Of a DNA stretch of 64,000 nucleotides, positions 9,903 to 17,211 are shown piece by piece; positions within the stretch are counted from its first letter, which is position 1, and each line of letters begins with the position of its first letter. The notes beneath the pieces are model-generated. The model ran no database searches. It worked only from the letters and a program-made list of their open reading frames with translations, and was not told the origin of the DNA. The DNA lies in the IMG/VR virus record IMGVR_UViG_2595698595_000001, positions 155,373-219,372 of that record; one strand, written 5' to 3'. The DNA is from a virus (taxonomy: Duplodnaviria; Caudoviricetes). The position numbers and the translations under genes were made by a program.

Positions 9903-10298
9903 ATGTCAGTATCAGAACAAACTATAATAAATTCATTACATGATTTGAAACAGTTATTAGAAAGAAATCATTTAATAGACAATTTCGATTCTTTAGACAA
10001 TTCAATTTTTTCAAAACATTTGAAACTTACTAGTAGTATATACACTCACTGTCTTTATATAAATCTATTTCTTTTTGATTCTACTTGGTATAAAATCGAT
10101 AATACTGTAATAGGTTTGATAAAACGAATAGAATATGTAAAATGGTTCTTTCAGAATAGAAAGGAATCGTTTTATAGTAGTTATACTACATTGATGCGAT
10201 TAAACTCAGAACTTAAATCAATTCAGACACGATACTGGGATAAACCTATTCAAATGTTTTTAGAATTCGACAAGCTTGCTAAATTTCCAAGAAGATGA
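9903..10298 (+). CDS. hypothetical protein
   Basis: ORF in cluster. Confidence 0.55.
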   Translation: MSVSEQTIINSLHDLKQLLERNHLIDNFDSLDNSIFSKHLKLTSSIYTHCLYINLFLFDSTWYKIDNTVIGLIKRIEYVKWFFQNRKESFYSSYTTLMRLNSELKSIQTRYWDKPIQMFLEFDKLAKFPRR

Positions 10299-10681
10299 AA
10301 ACGTTAATATTATCAATATTCATAGCTTTGATGTTTCTTAGCTGTGAAGACAAAATCGAAATACTTTCTATCAATAAGAATTCTGTTATAGATTCTAAAG
10401 ATATCGAAAAGTTCAATACTGTAACAACTTACTATTCTGATAGTACTGTTACCTTGTATTACAACAGTCCTACAAAAACTGTTAATATTAAATCGAAAGG
10501 TTCTTATACGATACTTGATACTTTGGAATCTGGTAGTAAGATTACAACTTACTTGGGTGATTTGAAACGTAAAACAGGTACTTTGAAATTCTCGATATCT
10601 GATAACAAATCAACAAAACTAAATTGTACAGCCACTGATTCTATATTCGTAGCTGGTGTAAAGATAGTAAATTATAACTAA
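10295..10681 (+). CDS. predicted lipoprotein
   Basis: MKTLILSIFIALMFLS-C lipobox followed by EDK. Confidence 0.65.
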   Translation: MKTLILSIFIALMFLSCEDKIEILSINKNSVIDSKDIEKFNTVTTYYSDSTVTLYYNSPTKTVNIKSKGSYTILDTLESGSKITTYLGDLKRKTGTLKFSISDNKSTKLNCTATDSIFVAGVKIVNYN

Positions 10682-10688
10682 ACTATTT

Positions 10689-10737
10689 ACAAAAAGTTTC
10701 ATCGTAAGTGAAACTTTTTGTCGTTTCGTAGTATAAT
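10689..10737 (+). promoter_or_regulatory. terminator hairpin overlapping TGAAAC-N14-TAGTATAAT promoter
   Basis: ACAAAAAGTTTCA-N7-TGAAACTTTTTGT; motif at 10709-10737. Confidence 0.75.
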
Positions 10738-10799
10738 ATACTAAATAAATCAAATATACTTCATTTATGAAGCGCATTAGCTTCGCTAATTTTTCAACT

Positions 10800-10907
10800 A
10801 TGGAAATTCTTCAAACAATCGTTCAAACTGTAATGACAGGATTATTCGTTACAGCTTTAGTTCTTTTCGTTACTATCGGAATCAGAAATCTTATTAAACT
10901 TTTCTAA
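10800..10907 (+). CDS. 35-aa single-TM peptide (not in ORF track)
   Basis: MEILQTIVQTVMTGLFVTALVLFVTIGIRNLIKLF; TTTCAACTATG start context after promoter. Confidence 0.55.
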   Translation: MEILQTIVQTVMTGLFVTALVLFVTIGIRNLIKLF

Positions 10908-10908
10908 T

Positions 10909-10989
10909 ATGTTTAAGTTCTGTAAGAAATGCTGTACTATGGTACTGGTTAAATCATCTAAATGTACAATCTGTAAACGTAGCATATAA
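10909..10989 (+). CDS. 26-aa Cys-rich zinc-ribbon-like micro-protein (not in ORF track)
   Basis: MFKFCKKCCTMVLVKSSKCTICKRSI; two CxxC pairs; TAATG-coupled to the next gene. Confidence 0.5.
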   Translation: MFKFCKKCCTMVLVKSSKCTICKRSI

Positions 10990-11192
10990 TGTCATCTATC
11001 AAAGAAGTAAACGCTAAGGTAAGAGCTAACAAAATAATCGAAAAATTAGAATTTCTTAAATCTAATGGATGTGATCAAAGAATTTATGTTCCAAATACTA
11101 TCGATAAATTAATTATCGAAGAATTAGAAAGTCGAAACTATGTAGTTGAAGACAACTTTCATGATTTAATCGTTTATCCTAAAATCAAATAA
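10989..11192 (+). CDS. hypothetical protein
   Basis: Coupled ORF. Confidence 0.6.
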   Translation: MSSIKEVNAKVRANKIIEKLEFLKSNGCDQRIYVPNTIDKLIIEELESRNYVVEDNFHDLIVYPKIK

Positions 11193-11193
11193 C

Positions 11194-11538
11194 ATGTACT
11201 TACTTCTTAAAAACAATATCTCAGATTCATCGAACTGGGAAGCTATAGCTACTTACGAAATTATTCCTTCACCTGAAGAACTTCTAAATCTTGAATGTTT
11301 CGGAGAAGGTTCTGATGCTAAACATAAAGAAACTGGTGAATCTTTAAACGAATTACTATGTAAACAGTTATCAGAAAAACTAATTACTAGTACGTTTCAA
11401 TTTTCTTCAAGTTTTAGATTCGAATATATGCTAATAGAATTCAAACATGGTGAAGATTTGAATTTACATGATTATCTTCTAACAGGTTATACAGATATCA
11501 ATCCTGGAATCGGATTCGATTTGGATAATTTTTGTTAA
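11194..11538 (+). CDS. hypothetical protein
   Basis: Acidic ORF in cluster. Confidence 0.6.
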   Translation: MYLLLKNNISDSSNWEAIATYEIIPSPEELLNLECFGEGSDAKHKETGESLNELLCKQLSEKLITSTFQFSSSFRFEYMLIEFKHGEDLNLHDYLLTGYTDINPGIGFDLDNFC

Positions 11539-11555
11539 CTTTATTTTTCAGCAAC

Positions 11556-11584
11556 TGAAACAATCTAAACTTTCGTAGTATAAT
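11556..11584 (+). promoter_or_regulatory. TGAAAC-N14-TAGTATAAT promoter
   Basis: Exact consensus in intergenic region. Confidence 0.75.
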
Positions 11585-11622
11585 ATCTTCATAAATATCA
11601 TAAATAAAAAACATTTTCAACT

Positions 11623-12606
11623 ATGGCTAAGGTAAAACTTACAAAAAACGAACAATCAATTCTTGATGCTATAAAAAACGGTTCAACAACTATCGAATCG
11701 ATCTCAGAAAAAGCTAACGTTGCTAAAAACGTAGCACATCTTCTTGCAGGTTCACTTGTTAAGAAATCATTAGTTCGTAAAAATCCAAACGATAAAACTT
11801 TCTCAATTGTTCCAGAAGGTGCTGATACTTCTAAAATCGTATGTTACGGTAACTTGTTATTACCGGTTCGTTTCTATGTAAACAAACAAACTAAACAACG
11901 TTACGCTATTCGTGGAACTTGGAATCCAGTTGAGGATCATATTACTGAAGATGATATTCAATGGATCGATGATACAATTTCTCAGAAATCTAAGAAAGGT
12001 AAAACTGAATCTAAAAATCGTGATGGTTTAGCTAAACCAAGATTACGTGTAATAACACCTTCAAAATTCCAAGTTTGGTCAGAATTACCTTTAACTGATA
12101 AACAATTATCGGGTGAATACAAAGGTAAAACAGGTGATTTCAATATTGATTTCAAGGTCAAGGAATCTCGTGGTGAACAAACTCATATCGAAGCTTGTAT
12201 CAATTTCAAAATCGGTAAAATTACTTGGAGCATGTACCCAGTAACTAAAACTGATGTTCTTGTTGATACTGATAAATTGGAAAAATTCATCAAAGGAAAG
12301 GGTGAATCTATCTTCACTTTGGAACAATTCATTTGGCGAAATCCAGACCAAGTAATTCAATATCCAGTCGATATCAAAGTTAACGAAGACACATCTTTGA
12401 TTGGTACAACAATTCAATTCGTTAAATGGAAAGATATTAATAATCTTTCTTGGAATGTTTTCCAAATCACTTGTGCTGCTACAAACGGTAACTGTAAATT
12501 CAAGAAAATGTCATCTGGTACTGGGTCATTAGAGGAAGCTTTGAAATCTGTAAATGGAATGCCAGCATTTGTATCAGCTTTAGAAGCTTTCAAAATCGTA
12601 AAATAA
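11623..12606 (+). CDS. protein with N-terminal winged helix-turn-helix-like domain
   Basis: LTKNEQSILDAIKNGSTTIESISEKANVAKNVAHLLAGSLVKKSLV fits a TrmB/MarR-like wHTH pattern. Confidence 0.55.
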   Translation: MAKVKLTKNEQSILDAIKNGSTTIESISEKANVAKNVAHLLAGSLVKKSLVRKNPNDKTFSIVPEGADTSKIVCYGNLLLPVRFYVNKQTKQRYAIRGTWNPVEDHITEDDIQWIDDTISQKSKKGKTESKNRDGLAKPRLRVITPSKFQVWSELPLTDKQLSGEYKGKTGDFNIDFKVKESRGEQTHIEACINFKIGKITWSMYPVTKTDVLVDTDKLEKFIKGKGESIFTLEQFIWRNPDQVIQYPVDIKVNEDTSLIGTTIQFVKWKDINNLSWNVFQITCAATNGNCKFKKMSSGTGSLEEALKSVNGMPAFVSALEAFKIVK

Positions 12607-12627
12607 TAACACACTACTAAATCCTAA

Positions 12628-12660
12628 GATTCGGAAGATTTTTATCTTCCGAATCATTTT
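12628..12660 (+). terminator. intrinsic terminator
   Basis: GATTCGGAAGAT-TTTT-ATCTTCCGAATC then ATTTTT. Confidence 0.75.
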
Positions 12661-12680
12661 TAAAAGCTAAAAACGAAATA

Positions 12681-13304
12681 ATGATTAACACACCATACGA
12701 AAAACAAGTTGCGATTTTTGAAGAACTTAAAGAAGATTTTACTGACAGATTAGCACTTTTACTTGATAGTGAATTTGGACAAGACACTCAAGATTTACTT
12801 GATGTAAAATTCCTAGAAACTGGTATCATAATCTGTGACAAAGTATTTGTCGAATACGATCAAACTGTTATAACACCAACTTTCAATATCAAACCATTAT
12901 CTTCGTTTGAAGATTTCAAAATCATTAATGCTGTACTTTCGAATAAAGATGAAATCAAAGATTTCGTTAAGAAATATCATATAACTTTGGAAACTATTAA
13001 ATCGTTTTCGAACAAATCAATTTCTGAGGAAAATCCAATCATTGAAGAAATCAAAAACGAAATCCAAGCTGGAATCTTGGAAGGTGATATCACTGATAAC
13101 GTTTACGAAATCAATGAAAACTTGTTCTTGAAAATCTTATCATATGGTACTTCAAGACAATTACATGTAACTGTTGGATTTTTCAGAGACATTCAATTAG
13201 AAGAAAATCCTTTCAGAATAGATCGAATCAATAAAGATGATTTATTCGAAAGACTAACATATCTTATCAATCACGAATTAGACAATACTACTTTAGTAGA
13301 CTAG
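12681..13304 (+). CDS. acidic hypothetical protein
   Basis: 207-aa ORF between terminators. Confidence 0.65.
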   Translation: MINTPYEKQVAIFEELKEDFTDRLALLLDSEFGQDTQDLLDVKFLETGIIICDKVFVEYDQTVITPTFNIKPLSSFEDFKIINAVLSNKDEIKDFVKKYHITLETIKSFSNKSISEENPIIEEIKNEIQAGILEGDITDNVYEINENLFLKILSYGTSRQLHVTVGFFRDIQLEENPFRIDRINKDDLFERLTYLINHELDNTTLVD

Positions 13305-13339
13305 GTTGTAGTTGACCATTTTATATTTTTGTTATTTTT

Positions 13340-13372
13340 AAAGAACTGGATATTAACGTATCCAGTTCTTTT
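13340..13372 (+). terminator. intrinsic terminator
   Basis: AAAGAACTGGATA-TTAACG-TATCCAGTTCTTT. Confidence 0.75.
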
Positions 13373-13398
13373 CGATTAGATCAAATCGTTATTCAGAT

Positions 13399-13427
13399 TG
13401 AAACGATTTCATATTTGTTAGTATAAT
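13399..13427 (+). promoter_or_regulatory. TGAAAC-N14-TAGTATAAT promoter
   Basis: Exact consensus upstream of helicase. Confidence 0.75.
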
Positions 13428-13466
13428 ATATTTCAATACAAATATATTTACACTAATGTCATACAA

Positions 13467-15395
13467 ATGAACGACAAAGATTTTATCGACGACCTAGATG
13501 CGTTATTATCCCCAAAACCTGAAAATGTTTCAACGGAAACTGAAGAAACAAAAGAACTTGTAGAAAAACGTTCAAGGATTCTTGAATGTCTTGATAAAGT
13601 AATCGATAAGCTATGCGAGAATCCTGGAATCTTACGAGAAAGAATCGAACAAACTCAGAAACCTATTATCGAAAAAGCTCTTAACGCTTATATCAAAGGT
13701 GTTAAGAATTACATTGTAGAAGCACCTACAGGTGCTGGTAAATCAATCATTGGATTACTTATTAACGAATCAATCTATCTTTACAACAATAAAGATATTG
13801 CAGCTTATACGTTAACACCTACAAAGATTTTACAGGATCAGTTAGATGAAGACAACAAACGTTTGAATCTTGGATGGGCTTTGTTAAAGGGTCAAGGTAA
13901 TTACATGTGTCTTGAAAACAATGAAAACTTTACGAAAAGAGCTTGCCATAAGTTAGCTATTTCTAAAGCAGCTCAATTACCTTGTGCTGAAACATGTGAA
14001 TACATTCAAAAACGTAAAGCTGCTATTTTGTCACATAACGCTGTATTATCTTACGCTTATTGGTTATCTGCTATGAATTACATGTATAACATGCTTGGAG
14101 ATAATTCACCATTTCAACCGAGAGAAGTTACAGTATTTGATGAATGTCATATGTTAGCTGATACAGTTCAAAGTATGTTTCAAGTTGAAATATCGAATCA
14201 AGTTCAGGATAGAATCGTTAAGCTAATTTCATTCTATGAATCTGTTGAAAAAGATGTTTACAAGCTTGAAAGAATGTTTGGACTCACTAAAGATTTCAAG
14301 AAATGTTTCGATCATCTTTTCAAGATTACTAACGAACAATCATTGAAAGATGTTTACGATACTATGCTAATGACTACAGCATATATTCATAGGATTTCGA
14401 ATATGTTCTTAGACTTCATTCAAGAATATTTTCCTAAGAATACTAACCTTTGGTCTGTTGGTCAACAAGAATTCGATAAGAACTTTGAAAGATTCGCATC
14501 AGTTTCTTCAAACATGAAATTCTTCTTATCAAATAACAAAGATATTGAAAACATTGTTGCAGATAAAACAGTTTTAGATGATGGTACCGTAGTTCTACTA
14601 TTTAGAACTCTTAACGAATCTAGTTTAATGGCTAGACATGTTCATAAGTATACACAATTCGCAGTATGGACTTCAGCTACATTAGGTGGACGTAAAGGTT
14701 TAGAATCTTGGGCTGAACAAAATGGTATTACGAATTACGAATATACTATCATGGAATCTAATTTCGATTTCGAAAATTGTCCTATCAATATCTGTTCACC
14801 TACTATTTCAATGTCATTCAAAGATAAGGCGAATAACATGAATGCTTTAATGATGCGAATCATGACTTTGATCAATTGTCACGAAGATGAACGTGGTATC
14901 ATTCATACTGGTAATTTCGAAATAGCTAGAAATCTTAAGACTCGTACTGAAAAAGGTAATGACAGATTCATTTTCTATAACAATTCATTTGAAAAAGCTC
15001 ACGCTATCGAAGAACTTAAACGTTCTAAAAATGGTATTATCGTTGGACCTTCGTTATCAGAAGGATTGGATTTGAAAGATGATTTAGCCAGATTCGCTAT
15101 TCTCGCTAAAGTACCTTATCCGTCACTAGCTGATTCATTGAACAAATTAAAACTTGAAAGAATTCCAGGATGGTATGATTGGCAAACAGTTGTAACTGTT
15201 CAACAGCAGTTAGGTAGACACGTAAGACATAAAACGGATTGGGGTACAACTTATATGTTAGATTCGGGATTCGAAAGAGTTATAACTAATTCTACATTCC
15301 CGAATTACATTGCTAACCGTTTTACAAAAATCAATGTCAATAAATTAGTAACAGATTTCCAAAATCAAGATTCAGATTTCGATGACTTATACTAA
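13467..15395 (+). CDS. DinG/XPD-family SF2 helicase
   Basis: EAPTGAGKS Walker A, LKGQGNYMC plus Fe-S-type Cys residues, FDECH motif II, SATL, EGLDL, QQLGRHVRHKTDWG motif VI. Confidence 0.9.
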   Translation: MNDKDFIDDLDALLSPKPENVSTETEETKELVEKRSRILECLDKVIDKLCENPGILRERIEQTQKPIIEKALNAYIKGVKNYIVEAPTGAGKSIIGLLINESIYLYNNKDIAAYTLTPTKILQDQLDEDNKRLNLGWALLKGQGNYMCLENNENFTKRACHKLAISKAAQLPCAETCEYIQKRKAAILSHNAVLSYAYWLSAMNYMYNMLGDNSPFQPREVTVFDECHMLADTVQSMFQVEISNQVQDRIVKLISFYESVEKDVYKLERMFGLTKDFKKCFDHLFKITNEQSLKDVYDTMLMTTAYIHRISNMFLDFIQEYFPKNTNLWSVGQQEFDKNFERFASVSSNMKFFLSNNKDIENIVADKTVLDDGTVVLLFRTLNESSLMARHVHKYTQFAVWTSATLGGRKGLESWAEQNGITNYEYTIMESNFDFENCPINICSPTISMSFKDKANNMNALMMRIMTLINCHEDERGIIHTGNFEIARNLKTRTEKGNDRFIFYNNSFEKAHAIEELKRSKNGIIVGPSLSEGLDLKDDLARFAILAKVPYPSLADSLNKLKLERIPGWYDWQTVVTVQQQLGRHVRHKTDWGTTYMLDSGFERVITNSTFPNYIANRFTKINVNKLVTDFQNQDSDFDDLY

Positions 15396-15666
15396 AATCA
15401 AAGAACAATTCAAAGATCGATACAATCAGATTTGTATCGATCTAATGGAAATGATAATCGAGGAAGTTCTATACATAAACGTTTCTATAAACGAATCCGA
15501 TCAAATGGAAAGCATTTTAGATTCTATGGAACTATCAGCTTTAAGTTCTGTAATCGATAAATACTATCAAGTTTCGATAAGTAATACTGAAATAAGTTAT
15601 AAGACTTTCGAAGAGTTAGTATGTCGAATCATTTACTTACAAGTAACACCACAGTCAAGGTTATGA
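15382..15666 (+). CDS. acyl carrier protein-like protein with intact DSM motif
   Basis: ILDSMELSALSSVIDKYYQVSISNTEISYKTFEELV aligns by eye with ACP [36 protein letters not shown]. Confidence 0.6.
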   Translation: MTYTKIKEQFKDRYNQICIDLMEMIIEEVLYINVSINESDQMESILDSMELSALSSVIDKYYQVSISNTEISYKTFEELVCRIIYLQVTPQSRL

Positions 15667-15923
15667 AAAAGACACATAGTGAAATCATCTCTACTATAAA
15701 TTCAGATTTAGAAGATTTTATGCGATCTAATAGCATGAATACTAGATTTTCGTATAATGAATATCTTTATAGACTTTGGAGAAGAGAAGATTACGAAGCT
15801 TTCTGTGAACATGTAATACATAAGTACGATGGATATAACATCAAACGTCAGTTTTTCATGACTATGAACACACTTATAACTAATCTAGCGAACAGGGAAA
15901 TTATTAAACAACAAAATTCTTAA
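15663..15923 (+). CDS. divergent ACP-like paralog (likely start 15663)
   Basis: ATGA overlap with upstream stop; similar length and helix pattern; no Ser at the attachment position. Confidence 0.35.
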   Translation: MKKTHSEIISTINSDLEDFMRSNSMNTRFSYNEYLYRLWRREDYEAFCEHVIHKYDGYNIKRQFFMTMNTLITNLANREIIKQQNS

Positions 15924-15928
15924 AAACT

Positions 15929-16192
15929 ATGATATCAAAGAAACGTTATCAATCAAAATATGACGAAATCAGGTTAGACTTGAATTTCTTCTTAGTAACA
16001 GAATTAGATCAGTCTAAAGACTTACAGGATTCTGATGTTCTAAACAAAGTATTAGATCATATGGAAATTGCTGATTTGAAAGACTATTTAGAATCAGAAT
16101 ATAACTGTAAAGTTGGAATCGATGCTATGACTTATCATGATCTTATCGATCTTCTAACTTTAAGATACTTCGTAAATATAGATTCCGAATAG
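15929..16192 (+). CDS. ACP-like paralog (Ser replaced by His)
   Basis: VLDHMEIADLKDYLESEYNCKVGIDAMTYHDLIDLL. Confidence 0.55.
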   Translation: MISKKRYQSKYDEIRLDLNFFLVTELDQSKDLQDSDVLNKVLDHMEIADLKDYLESEYNCKVGIDAMTYHDLIDLLTLRYFVNIDSE

Positions 16193-16194
16193 AC

Positions 16195-16506
16195 ATGGAA
16201 AATTTCAAAGAAGTTTGCGATTATCTAAAGTCTGAACTAAAAGAAGTATGTTCTTTAGATTACGAAATATATGCTTACGAAACTCTTTCAGACTTTATCG
16301 ACGATTATGATATCTTGAATTTCATTTCAATAATCAAACATAAGAATCGAGGTTTATGTAATATCGAAGTATCGGATTACAGGAAACTGACATTAACTGA
16401 TATAGCGAACAATATTCTATATAATAAAAATAGATTGGAACTTTTCGATCTATTTTCTAAAGCTAGTAAAAGAATGAGAGAATCTTGTAAAATCTTGTAC
16501 ACGTAA
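16195..16506 (+). CDS. ACP-like paralog (Ser replaced by Asp)
   Basis: FIDDYDILNFISIIKHK...EVSDYRKLTLTDIANNI. Confidence 0.45.
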   Translation: MENFKEVCDYLKSELKEVCSLDYEIYAYETLSDFIDDYDILNFISIIKHKNRGLCNIEVSDYRKLTLTDIANNILYNKNRLELFDLFSKASKRMRESCKILYT

Positions 16507-16567
16507 ACATAAAATATCAAGTTTAGTATAATACATATAATTCAATATATAAATTCAGACAAAGAAC

Positions 16568-16834
16568 ATGACAGAACCTATCATTACAGTGTTGTCTAAA
16601 AACGGTTGCGTTCCCTGCGAAACTGTTAAAGCTACACTTAAATCGAGTAACATAAAGTTTGAAGAAATCAACTTATTCGATAACGCACATATTGCTACCA
16701 AATTCAAAATTCGAAACGTACCAACTGTAATGTTTACTAATAAACCATTAACAGATGATACAGCTATAGAAGTTTCGGAAAAATTCACAGGTCCTGGAAC
16801 ATTGGACAAAATTCAACAATACGTTTCTAAATAA
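16568..16834 (+). CDS. nrdH: glutaredoxin-like NrdH redoxin
   Basis: CVPC redox motif, NVPTV cis-Pro motif; first gene of the nrdHIE cluster. Confidence 0.75.
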   Translation: MTEPIITVLSKNGCVPCETVKATLKSSNIKFEEINLFDNAHIATKFKIRNVPTVMFTNKPLTDDTAIEVSEKFTGPGTLDKIQQYVSK

Positions 16835-17205
16835 TGACTATCGTTTATGACTCAAGGACTGGGAATATTGAACGATTCATTAACAAAGTAAAAGAACAAA
16901 CTGGATGGACTTTCGTTAAGATTGATAAGAATCTTGTCATCGATGAGAAAGTCCATCTTGTTACTTATACTACAGGTTTCGGACACCTCCCAAATCCTAC
17001 AAAGGCTTTTCTAGCAAATCAATCTAATGTAAACAATTTACTTTCTGTATCAGTAAGTGGTAATCGTAACTGGGGACCTAATTTCGGTAAGGCTGGTGAT
17101 ATCATCTCAGATGAATACAACGTTCCGTTACTATTGAAATTCGAATTATCTGGTAATCCCTCTGAAATAGAAGCATTCATTGAAAACATTCAAAAATTCT
17201 CTTAA
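16834..17205 (+). CDS. nrdI: flavodoxin-like class Ib RNR assembly protein NrdI
   Basis: YDSRTGNIERF, TYTTGFG, SGNRNWGPNFGKAGD, KFELSG. Confidence 0.95.
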   Translation: MTIVYDSRTGNIERFINKVKEQTGWTFVKIDKNLVIDEKVHLVTYTTGFGHLPNPTKAFLANQSNVNNLLSVSVSGNRNWGPNFGKAGDIISDEYNVPLLLKFELSGNPSEIEAFIENIQKFS

Positions 17206-17211
17206 TACAAT

